From positions 285 to 64,284 of the IMG/VR virus record IMGVR_UViG_3300040807_001487: a stretch of 64,000 bases of DNA; one strand, 5' to 3'. The first letter of the stretch is position 1. The number at the start of each line of letters is the position of its first letter. This DNA comes from a virus (lineage: Duplodnaviria > Caudoviricetes). The notes beneath the pieces were generated by a model. It saw only the letters and a program-made list of their open reading frames with translations. It was not told the origin of the DNA and did not search any database. Positions 18,757 to 28,040 of this stretch are shown here, piece by piece. The position numbers were made by a program, and so were the translations under genes.

Positions 18757-18774
18757 ACTAAGATAGGAGATGAT

Positions 18775-19089
18775 ATGAATAATTGTTGTTTTAATGGATA
18801 TCTTGTTGAAAACCCCGTAGTAGAGTTAGTCAACGGCGTTGCTGTTGCTAACTTAATAGTCGTGGTATATAATTACAGAAAGACAAAAAGTACTGGAGAA
18901 AAGAGTAGAATACCAACATATTTGCAATGCGAAGCTTGGCATACTGGTGCTGAAATACTTGAAAGATTTGCAACAAAGGGTACAAAGATTACATTTAACG
19001 CCACAGCAAAAAATGTTTCTAAAGATGATGATCAAATTGTCTTCAGGATAAATGAATTTGATCTATGTCATCCAGAATTTGAGGACTAA
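18775..19089 (+). CDS. ssb: Short single-stranded DNA-binding protein (OB fold)
   Basis: MN...GYLVENP...CEAW..AE.L...TKG pattern; no long acidic DIPF tail. Confidence 0.75.
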   Translation: MNNCCFNGYLVENPVVELVNGVAVANLIVVVYNYRKTKSTGEKSRIPTYLQCEAWHTGAEILERFATKGTKITFNATAKNVSKDDDQIVFRINEFDLCHPEFED

Positions 19090-19090
19090 A

Positions 19091-20749
19091 ATGAGAAAGA
19101 AAAGAATACTATTTTGCAGTGAGTCTACTTTTCTTAACACTGGCTATGCTACATATACCAGAGAAATATTAAATTATTTACATGGCACTGGCAAGTATGA
19201 AATAGCAGAACTTGGTAGTTATGGACATTCTGGTGACGAGAGGGCTGCAAATATACCTTGGAAATATTACGGCGTAATGCCGCATCCGTCGTCTCCACAA
19301 GATGTTCACAATAGATATAACTCAACTCCAACGAATCAGTTTGGTGAATTTGCTTTCGATGAAGTTTGTTTAGATTTTAAGCCAGATATTGTGTGTGATA
19401 TTAGAGACTTTTGGATGATGGAGCATCAGGAAAGATCTGTGTTTAGAGATTTTTTCAAATGGTGTATCATGCCAACTGTAGATGCATATCCACAAGCTAG
19501 GCAATGGATGTCAACTTACCAATCAGCAGATGCGTGTTTGAGTTATTCTGATTGGGCTGGAGAAGTCTTGAAAAAACAAAGCGGTGGTAGTATTAATTAT
19601 TTAGGTTCTTCTCCACCTTCAGCGCACGAAGCATATCAAATATTACCAAATAAAGATGAAATAAAAAAAGCATACGGCGTTCCAACTGGCAAAAAGATAA
19701 TTGGAACAGTTATGAGAAACCAAAGAAGAAAATTATACCCAGACTTGTTCAAAACATTCAGGCAATTTCTAGATTCCGTAGAAGACCCTAACAATTATTT
19801 ATTGTATTGCCACACAAGCTATCCAGATATGGGCTGGGACATACCAGAACTAATGAATCAGCACGGTATTTCTGCGCACGTTATGTTTACATATATGTGT
19901 CCTCATACACAGAAAGCTTTTTCATCTCTATTCAGGGGTGCAGTAACTCAATCGCCATTTACTGGTCAGTTTGGAGCTATGGTTTCTAACGTCAAGCTTG
20001 GAGCTTCATACGAACAGCTTTCAGAAATTATCAATATGTTTGATATATATATTCAGTACGCAAATTCTGAAGGGTTTGGCTTGCCACAGGTAGAAGCCGC
20101 CGCATGTGGAGTTCCAGTTATGTCAACAGACTATTCAGCTATGGAGTCTGTGATTCGACAACTCGGGGGAATCCCACTAAAACCAAAGGCTATGTATAAA
20201 GAATTAGAAACTGGTTGCTACAGGGCTGTTCCAGATAATGATCTAACAACTGAAGAGCTAATAGAATTCTTTAGTAAACCAGAACCAATAAGAAAAAAAC
20301 TTGGTTTTGAAATGAGGAAAAATTTTGAGAAGCACTTTCAGTGGAGTCAAAGCGGAAAAGTTTGGGAGGATTACTTTGACTCAGCAGAGGTATTGGACGA
20401 AAATATAACTTGGTATTCTCCACCTAGATATAGAAAACCAAAACCAAAAGAAAGCATAGATCCAAACCAAATGCCTCAAGAAAGTTTAGCAAGATGGTTA
20501 ATATTGGAAGTTTTATGTGATCCGTCTAAAGTTAATAGTTTTATGGAAGCTCGTTTAACAAGAGACTTAATGTATCAAACCACAACGTCTGCCACTGGTG
20601 GTATGTATTTCAATGAAAGCTCTGCCGCTTTTGATGGTAAAAATTCAAGAACACCATTTGATTTTGACAAAGCTTATGATCATTTTGTCAACCTTTGTAA
20701 TCGACACAACGCTTGGGAGCAAAGAAGAATTGAGGTGTGTAAAAAATGA
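19091..20749 (+). CDS. GT-B (GT4-like) glycosyltransferase
   Basis: TGYA N-terminal motif, RNQRRK and EGFGLPQVEAAACGVPV; ATG at 19091 behind GAGG. Confidence 0.88.
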   Translation: MRKKRILFCSESTFLNTGYATYTREILNYLHGTGKYEIAELGSYGHSGDERAANIPWKYYGVMPHPSSPQDVHNRYNSTPTNQFGEFAFDEVCLDFKPDIVCDIRDFWMMEHQERSVFRDFFKWCIMPTVDAYPQARQWMSTYQSADACLSYSDWAGEVLKKQSGGSINYLGSSPPSAHEAYQILPNKDEIKKAYGVPTGKKIIGTVMRNQRRKLYPDLFKTFRQFLDSVEDPNNYLLYCHTSYPDMGWDIPELMNQHGISAHVMFTYMCPHTQKAFSSLFRGAVTQSPFTGQFGAMVSNVKLGASYEQLSEIINMFDIYIQYANSEGFGLPQVEAAACGVPVMSTDYSAMESVIRQLGGIPLKPKAMYKELETGCYRAVPDNDLTTEELIEFFSKPEPIRKKLGFEMRKNFEKHFQWSQSGKVWEDYFDSAEVLDENITWYSPPRYRKPKPKESIDPNQMPQESLARWLILEVLCDPSKVNSFMEARLTRDLMYQTTTSATGGMYFNESSAAFDGKNSRTPFDFDKAYDHFVNLCNRHNAWEQRRIEVCKK

Positions 20750-21858
20750 ATATACTTTACATAGGTCATTTTAAAGAAGGAAGCGGCTGGTCACATGCAG
20801 CAATTAATAATGTTTTAGCACTAAATACAGTTGGGCAAAATGTTATCTGTAGAAATATTCAACTGACCAACTCCAATAAATTAACAAACGAGAAGGTCAT
20901 TGAATGTCTTAGCAAACCAATAAAAGATATAGATGTGTGTGTACAGCATGTTTTGCCACATCACTTTGTTGGTACTAGTATGTTCAAGAATATTGCTTAC
21001 TATGACGGCGAAATAAGCACCATCAAGCATTTACCTTGGTTCTATTCTTTGAGTTTGGCAGATAGTGTTTGGGTTGCATGTCAAACAAATAAAACCAATC
21101 TTGACAAAGATGGCCTAAAGAATGTCAAAGTAATACCGCACTGTTTTGATGTAAAAAAATATAACACGGAAAAAACAGTAGAAATGAACAATGGCACTAA
21201 GGGCCACTTTAAATTTTACACTATTTCTGACCTAAACGACAGAAAGAATTTAGAATCTATCATTAAATGTTTTCATAGCGAATTCAAATCTTATGAGCCA
21301 GTAGAGCTAGTATTAAAACTTAATCAGATAAACGTTCCGGCGAACGTAACAAGAAACGTCATAGCAGAAAAAATTAACAACATAAAACAGCGGCTTAGAA
21401 TATATCCAGACATGAACTCTTACAAAAATGAAATTGTAATGTGCGATTATTTGAGCAATGAAGACATGATTAATCTTCATAAGTCGTGCGATTGTTTTAT
21501 TCTACCTTCTCACGGGGAAGGATTTTCAATGCCATCTTTTGAAGCTATGTGTTACGGAAACACTCCGATATGTAGCAACGATGGTGGCCCTAAAGATTTT
21601 ATAGACCAACACAACAAAGACACTGGGTATCTTGTTGACGGAGTGTACGATGTGTGCGATAGTTCAAACGCAGCGTTTAAAGACATAAATACCGGACTTG
21701 AGGAATGGTTTCACCCAAGCGAATCTGATATTAAAAATGCTATGAGATTCTATTACGAGAATAGAACAAAAATTAACAGAGAGTCTGGCAAAATTGCAGC
21801 AGAAAAATTCAGTCTTGAAAATATTGGAAATCTAATGTTGGAGAAAATTAATGAGTAA
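20746..21858 (+). CDS. GT-B (GT4-like) glycosyltransferase
   Basis: SGWS, RKNL and LPSHGEGFSMPSFEAMCYG. Confidence 0.88.
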   Translation: MNILYIGHFKEGSGWSHAAINNVLALNTVGQNVICRNIQLTNSNKLTNEKVIECLSKPIKDIDVCVQHVLPHHFVGTSMFKNIAYYDGEISTIKHLPWFYSLSLADSVWVACQTNKTNLDKDGLKNVKVIPHCFDVKKYNTEKTVEMNNGTKGHFKFYTISDLNDRKNLESIIKCFHSEFKSYEPVELVLKLNQINVPANVTRNVIAEKINNIKQRLRIYPDMNSYKNEIVMCDYLSNEDMINLHKSCDCFILPSHGEGFSMPSFEAMCYGNTPICSNDGGPKDFIDQHNKDTGYLVDGVYDVCDSSNAAFKDINTGLEEWFHPSESDIKNAMRFYYENRTKINRESGKIAAEKFSLENIGNLMLEKINE

Positions 21859-22291
21859 CACGCAAACAAAGAATATATTCTCACTGTATGCAGATACAAA
21901 GATACCAATCTTAATAATGCCTCATGGGGAAGATTTTGATTTAGCTCTATGTGACCTTGGGTATGAAGTTTATAGAGTTAATATTGGAGAAGAATGGAAT
22001 CAAGAAATAAATAGACCAGAGAATCATTACATACTACCAATTGGTGAAATAAAAAAATGTATAAACTATGCAGCTTTCATAGTGCCTTGTCACAAATATG
22101 AACCAAAAATAGTACAAAGCATTTCAGATGGTCTTAATATACCAACAATACAGGTAGACGACATAGGGGCGATAAAAGATGGAGATCCAGTTCCATTCGG
22201 TTGGGCCAAAAACATAGAACCAAGCAATCCAGAATTTAAAAAATATTGGTCAGAGCTTTTAGAACAACATATATACGCGAGGTTTAAATGA
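21851..22291 (+). CDS. Hypothetical protein (glycan cluster)
   Basis: 146-aa coupled ORF. Confidence 0.6.
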   Translation: MSNTQTKNIFSLYADTKIPILIMPHGEDFDLALCDLGYEVYRVNIGEEWNQEINRPENHYILPIGEIKKCINYAAFIVPCHKYEPKIVQSISDGLNIPTIQVDDIGAIKDGDPVPFGWAKNIEPSNPEFKKYWSELLEQHIYARFK

Positions 22292-22701
22292 AAATTTTAA
22301 TTACAGAAAAGTTAGATAAAACTATAGACGGCTTCAAGGTTCTGCCAATTGTGCAATCTTGTGTCCAGCTTATAAATATTCCAAGAAATGCTTGTGAGTA
22401 TTTTGTGATAGACGAATGTATCGATCAAATAAAAGATAAAGATATACTGAAAGAAATCTATACAAAGATAAGAAAAGACGGAGTTATATCAGTAATTGGA
22501 AAAGATATTAATCTATTATGTCAAGCACTGACAACAAGAACGATAAATGAAGAACAATTTTCTGAATATGCTACGAACCAAAAACAATTGTGGTCATTAG
22601 ACAGAATTATTAATGAACTAAAGTTGTGTGGATTAACAATAATAAACTCAAGCATACAGGGTCTAAATTATGAAGTATCAGCAACACGGCAAAAAAATTA
22701 A
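22288..22701 (+). CDS. Hypothetical protein, possibly a truncated methyltransferase-fold protein
   Basis: LKEIYTKIRKDGVISV resembles the post-motif-IV segment of class I methyltransferases; no SAM loop visible. Confidence 0.35.
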   Translation: MKILITEKLDKTIDGFKVLPIVQSCVQLINIPRNACEYFVIDECIDQIKDKDILKEIYTKIRKDGVISVIGKDINLLCQALTTRTINEEQFSEYATNQKQLWSLDRIINELKLCGLTIINSSIQGLNYEVSATRQKN

Positions 22702-23383
22702 TACAAGTTGCCAAGATTGTGTCTTTGCTCTGTACGAAGAGAATACGCAAACTGGATGCGAATTTGACAAACTTAAAGAATATGATTTAATAGAAGCTTA
22801 TAACGAAAATGGAAATTTTTATGTTCTTGATGGTCTGTGTAATTTATTAAGACACAAAGAGTGGAATGGTGGACAAAAAGATATATCTAAATTAATGTCT
22901 GAGATATCTTTTGACTTCTTCGTAATTATTGATGGCTTTGCTCTTGATAGTATATCTCTAAAAAGAATAAATATAGAGTATAGATATAAAGACAAGTTTT
23001 CGTTCCACATAATTGGCCCACCGTCAAAGCAGAAGGATTTGCTAAAATTAAGAAAGAGGCTTGGGTGCGAAGCAACGATCAGTCCTTATAGCTCATATGT
23101 AAAACACAAGGTATTGTCAAACAAAAAATATTCTTACTTTACTCTCATTGATAATCCTAAAGCTGTTAATCTTAATCTTGGAGATTTCAATGACGAATAC
23201 TGCAAGGTTAAAACAAAACCAACTCATTTAGAATTTAAAGGGCTTGAGTATACATCTTGTTTGCTATATCATTTGGTTTCATACAATAATGGTGAGATGT
23301 TATTTGACAAAAATATGGATGAAATAAAAAAATATGCCAAATCCAGCGACCAAGAAAAAGAAACAGAAAATAAGAACAACTGA
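22670..23383 (+). CDS. Hypothetical protein with an N-terminal Cys cluster
   Basis: SCQDCVF...GC...LCN. Confidence 0.55.
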   Translation: MKYQQHGKKINTSCQDCVFALYEENTQTGCEFDKLKEYDLIEAYNENGNFYVLDGLCNLLRHKEWNGGQKDISKLMSEISFDFFVIIDGFALDSISLKRINIEYRYKDKFSFHIIGPPSKQKDLLKLRKRLGCEATISPYSSYVKHKVLSNKKYSYFTLIDNPKAVNLNLGDFNDEYCKVKTKPTHLEFKGLEYTSCLLYHLVSYNNGEMLFDKNMDEIKKYAKSSDQEKETENKNN

Positions 23384-24080
23384 AATAAAGAATAGAAGAA
23401 AAGCTATTAATGAAGAATTTACAACCTTCATTATCATTGCTGACTCTCCTATTTACAGAATGAAGTCTTACGGACCAGTTCCGTTAATAGAAATAAAAAA
23501 TAAGAAACTTATTGATTATCAGATAGAGGCGATCACCAAAACATACAAAAACTACGAGATTATTCTGTGTGTTGGATTTGAGTCAAACAAGGTTACTAAG
23601 TACATAAAATCAAAATATAGTAAGCACAACATAAGAATAATAGAAAATACAAACTATCAGGATACTAGCTCCTGTGAATCTTTAAGACTATCTCTAAACA
23701 ACACAACGAATGGCAAGGTGTTCATTATTGATGGTAATCTTTTTTTTAACTACAAGATATTAAAGCTTAAGAACAAAGAGGACAATATAGCATATGTTAC
23801 AGAAGGTCAGTCAAAAGACTTTGACATAGGAATAAATATTAATGAACATAAGTGTGCAGAATTCTTTTGCTTTGGGGCCAAACATAGCTGGTCAGAAATA
23901 TCATACTTGGGAGATATGCAAGCTGTTAGCAGCTTGAATAAAATATTATACAACGACACCTTCAAGCGAAAGTTTATATTTGAAGCTTTAAACGCGATTA
24001 TAGGTATGAATAAAATCAAGTTCACGGTTGTCAATCATAGCAATGAGATATGGAAAATCAACAAGCCAAGAGGAACATAG
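23334..24080 (+). CDS. Nucleotidyltransferase-like (LicC/MobA fold) protein with degenerate motifs
   Basis: IIIADSPIYRMKSYGPVPLI..LIDYQI, IILCVGF, IIENTNY and IIDGN align with the sugar/choline-phosphate nucleotidyltransferase pattern. Confidence 0.65.
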   Translation: MPNPATKKKKQKIRTTEIKNRRKAINEEFTTFIIIADSPIYRMKSYGPVPLIEIKNKKLIDYQIEAITKTYKNYEIILCVGFESNKVTKYIKSKYSKHNIRIIENTNYQDTSSCESLRLSLNNTTNGKVFIIDGNLFFNYKILKLKNKEDNIAYVTEGQSKDFDIGININEHKCAEFFCFGAKHSWSEISYLGDMQAVSSLNKILYNDTFKRKFIFEALNAIIGMNKIKFTVVNHSNEIWKINKPRGT

Positions 24081-24081
24081 A

Positions 24082-24912
24082 ATGAATATTTTAATAGATA
24101 ATTTTGTAACAAAAGAAGATACTCAGTGTCTATATCTCTATCATGAGCTAAAGAAGATGCAAGACGCGAATGTGTATTATTGGCCGAATAAAAATATTAG
24201 CACATATGATATTTTTGATGACACAAATCCTGATATATTTATATCTCATGTTGGCGCTATTAATTTTGAACTAGCCTCTTACCTTGATGATAATAAACAA
24301 AAAGACAAGTTGATAATTGTTTTGTCAACATATGGGGTAACTCCCGAATCTATAATCCAACTAGAACACCATGTAGAAAAAGAGCAAAAACTATTTCTTA
24401 TGCATGAAGGAAAATTAAACAGCAGAAAACTAAAGACCATCAAGGTTAATCAATGTGTAGACCCTAACTTGAAACAATTAAAATTTGAATACAGCAACAT
24501 TGATACTGGTTACTTTGTGAAGAGTAATTCAGACATAAAAGAAAAAAACGGATGCTATCATCATATATCTAACATAGCTGATAATGCAGACATTTGCTTA
24601 GAAGAGAAAAGTATGGGAAGTATGTATAATAATTACAAACGCATAATTTTTAAAAATCTAAGTCAGTTTAATCAGTCGTTCTTCGATGCTATATATTACG
24701 GCGGTGAGGTTTATTACACATCTGATGATAAATCTATTGATGACATAAGCGAAAAAATGTTTGGACAAGTATTAAACATAAATAATAAAAGCGTAGATTT
24801 TGATAGAGTAAAAAACATCGTCAAAGAAAAACATATGCCAAAGAACAGACTTAAAACTATAATGTCACAGTTACCAATAAATCAAAACTTATTCAACAAG
24901 GTGGATCAATGA
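24082..24912 (+). CDS. Hypothetical protein, possibly a degenerate GT-B fold
   Basis: ATG at 24082 behind GAGGA; PDIFI and FFDAIYYG segments, and a C-terminal HMPKNRLKTI as in some GT-B enzymes. Confidence 0.4.
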   Translation: MNILIDNFVTKEDTQCLYLYHELKKMQDANVYYWPNKNISTYDIFDDTNPDIFISHVGAINFELASYLDDNKQKDKLIIVLSTYGVTPESIIQLEHHVEKEQKLFLMHEGKLNSRKLKTIKVNQCVDPNLKQLKFEYSNIDTGYFVKSNSDIKEKNGCYHHISNIADNADICLEEKSMGSMYNNYKRIIFKNLSQFNQSFFDAIYYGGEVYYTSDDKSIDDISEKMFGQVLNINNKSVDFDRVKNIVKEKHMPKNRLKTIMSQLPINQNLFNKVDQ

Positions 24913-25337
24913 ACGTAGGATTTTATTTAAATCATTTGTCTGACGACGAAGTTGTTAAGGGGTTGTGCGAAGAAATTTACGCTGGACTTCAATCTGAGGC
25001 AATAAAAGATGCGGCGGTATTTTTTGACAATGCTGCACCCTGTAGATTCAATATACCGTGTGCAACATATAACTCTTGTGATATGTGGTCTTTTGAAGGG
25101 AGTTTAGTTGTGTCAAGTCAAGCCGCTTGCGCAAAAGCTTCTAGTATAGTAAACAATACAAATATATATTACTACTACGGATTAGAAAAGATACAGCCAA
25201 TACATCTACTTACAATGAAAAAAGTAAATGTTATATGTAACAACGACGAGTCTTACAGAGAATTTAAAAGATTAACAAATTCTGAACCAAAGGGAATTTC
25301 ATATAACTATAAAGGTATCATAAAGGTGCTGCAATGA
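24909..25337 (+). CDS. Hypothetical protein (glycan cluster)
   Basis: 142-aa ORF, ATGA-coupled on both sides. Confidence 0.6.
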   Translation: MNVGFYLNHLSDDEVVKGLCEEIYAGLQSEAIKDAAVFFDNAAPCRFNIPCATYNSCDMWSFEGSLVVSSQAACAKASSIVNNTNIYYYYGLEKIQPIHLLTMKKVNVICNNDESYREFKRLTNSEPKGISYNYKGIIKVLQ

Positions 25338-26101
25338 ATGAAACAGAAGTAGTCAAGCTGTATACAAAACAAAATAAAAGCACATACGAAATAGCCGAAC
25401 TGTTTAAGACTTATCCAAATAAAATTAGGAGAGTCTTGATTAAACATGGGGTTTCACTGAAGGACAAAAGCCAAGCGCAGAAAAACGCACTAAAGTCTGG
25501 AGCAGCAAAAATTCCAACAGAGGGTAAGAAAAGAAGCAAAGAAGAAAAACTAAAAATAAGTTCTAGCCTAAAAAAGAGATGGGATAATCTAGACGAAAAT
25601 ACATATCAGAAATATGTCAATATGGCTAGACAGCGTTGGAACAATATGTCAATAGAAGACAAAGAAGCAATGAAACATAGTGGAATGAAGGCAATCAGAG
25701 ATGCTAGTAAAAATGGATCGAAACTAGAAAGATATATAGAATATGAGCTATCTGCATCTGGCTATACCGTTTTGATTCATCAAAAAAACATCCTCCCAAA
25801 CCGTTACCTTGAGGTAGATTTGTATTTACCCAACCTGAAGACTATAATAGAAGTAGACGGGCCATCTCATTTTCTGCCAATTTGGGGCGAAGAAAGACTG
25901 CACAAACAAATTAAAGCGGATCAGGACAAAACGGGCTTGATTTTGAGCAAGGGTTTCGTTATATTGAGAGTCAAGCATGTCAAGGACTCTCTAGCCTTGG
26001 CTACTAAAGAAGATCTTAAGAATAAGATTTTAGGAATATTGCGTGATATTGAGTCAAAATTCCCAGAAGAGTCCAAGAGGTACATTGAAATTGAAGTATG
26101 A
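25334..26101 (+). CDS. HTH + NUMOD3-like + Vsr/DUF559-like endonuclease
   Basis: STYEIAELF HTH; GKKRSKEEKLKISSSLK NUMOD3-like repeat; SKLE...VDLY...IEVDGPSH nuclease motifs. Confidence 0.75.
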   Translation: MNETEVVKLYTKQNKSTYEIAELFKTYPNKIRRVLIKHGVSLKDKSQAQKNALKSGAAKIPTEGKKRSKEEKLKISSSLKKRWDNLDENTYQKYVNMARQRWNNMSIEDKEAMKHSGMKAIRDASKNGSKLERYIEYELSASGYTVLIHQKNILPNRYLEVDLYLPNLKTIIEVDGPSHFLPIWGEERLHKQIKADQDKTGLILSKGFVILRVKHVKDSLALATKEDLKNKILGILRDIESKFPEESKRYIEIEV

Positions 26102-26112
26102 AAGGAACTATT

Positions 26113-26883
26113 ATGTTTGTAGAGTCAGATGAACAAGACCTTTTCCAAGGAGTTGAAGAATTGAGTACACCATCAAATACAGATACGTCGGTTAAAAATG
26201 TAATTCTAGATGATGCCCCCTCCATGTTGTCTCCAGAGTGGCACGATTACGCTATGACGCTGTTTGCGGAGGATGAGCTAATGAATGGCCACCCTTTAGT
26301 AAACGGGCTTAGGAGAGTCGCAGAGCTTGTTCTAGGGCCAATCGCCTTTAGTGGTCCAACTTGGGTCAAACCAACAGAACGAGACGATCATCACGGTCGC
26401 GCAACTGTCATATTTACAGTAGAATTTGCAAACGGAATTAAGTGTGCAGAAGTGGCAGACTCTTGGGAAGGTAATACAGATGACACATTTTGCGCATTTG
26501 CTGTCGCCATCGCTAGCACTAGGGCAGAAGCTAGAGCGTTGCGAAAAGTGCTAAAGATTAAGGGTGTCGCAGCAGAAGAACTAACTAAAAAAGACACAGC
26601 AAAGATTGTTCGTGATATTTCCAAGCAGAAAGAAAGCACATCTGGGGATTATGACGATCAGGGTAGGATGAGCGATGCACAATATAACTTTATTGATATT
26701 AAGTGCAAGCAGCTAAATATTGACGGAGGAAAGCTATTTAAGGAAGTGTTTGATGTCGATCAAAACCGCAAGGTTTCTAAGAAGGTCGCCAGCGATATCA
26801 TTGATCGTCTTAATGAATATCAACGCGACAAGGGTTCAATCCCAGAAAGTATTATTGGCTATAACGAAGAGTGGAGATCATAA
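26113..26883 (+). CDS. Rad52/Sak-like single-strand annealing protein
   Basis: GLRRVA, ATVIFTV and AIASTRAEARALRKVL..VAAEEL; C-terminal MSDAQ...SKKVASDIIDRL module; ATG at 26113 behind AAGGA. Confidence 0.6.
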   Translation: MFVESDEQDLFQGVEELSTPSNTDTSVKNVILDDAPSMLSPEWHDYAMTLFAEDELMNGHPLVNGLRRVAELVLGPIAFSGPTWVKPTERDDHHGRATVIFTVEFANGIKCAEVADSWEGNTDDTFCAFAVAIASTRAEARALRKVLKIKGVAAEELTKKDTAKIVRDISKQKESTSGDYDDQGRMSDAQYNFIDIKCKQLNIDGGKLFKEVFDVDQNRKVSKKVASDIIDRLNEYQRDKGSIPESIIGYNEEWRS

Positions 26884-27215
26884 TGAAGCTTTTATATACA
26901 AGTAAGAATGGCAGACTACAGGTAGAACTAGAAGGTGAATCACAAAGAGATCTATTTTCAGAACTAAATAGATTTCAAGAAGTCTTTGAGGAAACTACCT
27001 GCGGAAAGTGTCAGGCTGATGATCCAAGGTGGGTTGTCCGCACAGTAGACGACAACCAATACCATGAAGTTAAGTGTGGTTCCTGTGGGGCAAAGCTTGC
27101 CTTTGGTTCACACAAAAAGGGTGGTGGGCTATTTCCCAAGCGTAAGGATGGTGACACTTGGCTACCAGATGGTGGCTGGCAAAAGTGGAACTCAAAGACG
27201 AAGAGTATGGAATAA
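26883..27215 (+). CDS. Zinc-finger protein
   Basis: TAATG coupling; CGKC...CGSC. Confidence 0.65.
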   Translation: MKLLYTSKNGRLQVELEGESQRDLFSELNRFQEVFEETTCGKCQADDPRWVVRTVDDNQYHEVKCGSCGAKLAFGSHKKGGGLFPKRKDGDTWLPDGGWQKWNSKTKSME

Positions 27216-27250
27216 AAAAGACAGGGGGCAGAAATGCCCCCTTTTTCTTT
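27216..27250. terminator. Bidirectional intrinsic terminator between the convergent arms
   Basis: Perfect 8-bp stem AGGGGGCA-GAAA-TGCCCCCT (27223-27242), with a T-tract after it and an A-tract before it. Confidence 0.9.
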
Positions 27251-27260
27251 CAATTTACTA

Positions 27261-27995
27261 CTATTCTAAATATTCCATTGTTACGTATAAGCCGTACTCT
27301 GTTTTGCTACCAATAGTAACGGGTTCAGAGCTTAAAGCTAAATACCAATCATGTGTTTGAGATTGATGAGAAGCGCCATCATAAGAACTAGCACCAAATG
27401 ATGACTCAGCTTCTGATAAACTGTTTGTGCCACCATCGCCGGGGGAAGGTGTTAATTCCATGTCTTCCATAGCGTTGGATGGGTCAAATTCAAACCATTT
27501 ATTGTCATCTGGATACGCTCTGTGTGCTAGCTGTGAAATAGTCTGATTATTGTTTGGATGTCTAGCTTCGTAAACACTTGTCACAACATCTACGGCGTGT
27601 TCGTCTATGTTCTGGCGATTAAAAATACGAAGTTTGCAGTTTTGAACTCTAACAGCAGTGGTTTCATGCTCAAATCTGATGTTTAGTGGGCATGACATAT
27701 TTGGTAAACTGCTTAGATTAGTCGGTGTTCCACCGTTGATTGCCACAGTACCCTCAGTTTCAGCATCTCCAAGAATGCTAACAGCGGTGTTATTAAGCTG
27801 TACACCCTGAGCAGTACCAACATCATTGGTTACATATGTCTGATTTTGCTGAGATCCAACAGGAACAGAAACTCTAAAACCGTTCCCGTAAAAACCAATG
27901 CCAGATCCAGCAGCGTGATCTATAAGGTTTGATGTGTCACTAACATCGCCACTCTGTGGCTTCACGTTAGCATAAAATTTAATTGAAGGCATCAT
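27261..27995 (-). CDS. Putative virion structural protein
   Basis: 244 aa, beta-rich and acidic; AAGGAG SD; preceded by the candidate late-promoter motif. Confidence 0.6.
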   Translation of the reverse strand: MMPSIKFYANVKPQSGDVSDTSNLIDHAAGSGIGFYGNGFRVSVPVGSQQNQTYVTNDVGTAQGVQLNNTAVSILGDAETEGTVAINGGTPTNLSSLPNMSCPLNIRFEHETTAVRVQNCKLRIFNRQNIDEHAVDVVTSVYEARHPNNNQTISQLAHRAYPDDNKWFEFDPSNAMEDMELTPSPGDGGTNSLSEAESSFGASSYDGASHQSQTHDWYLALSSEPVTIGSKTEYGLYVTMEYLE

Positions 27996-28019
27996 ATTCT
28001 CCTTGTAAATTGAAAGAGT

Positions 28020-28036
28020 TCTAGTAATATATACAC
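28020..28036 (-). promoter_or_regulatory. Candidate late promoter, GTGTATA-N6-TAG copy 1
   Basis: Minus strand reads GTGTATATATTACTAGA; intergenic, just upstream of an SD and start codon. Confidence 0.65.
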
Positions 28037-28040
28037 GAAA

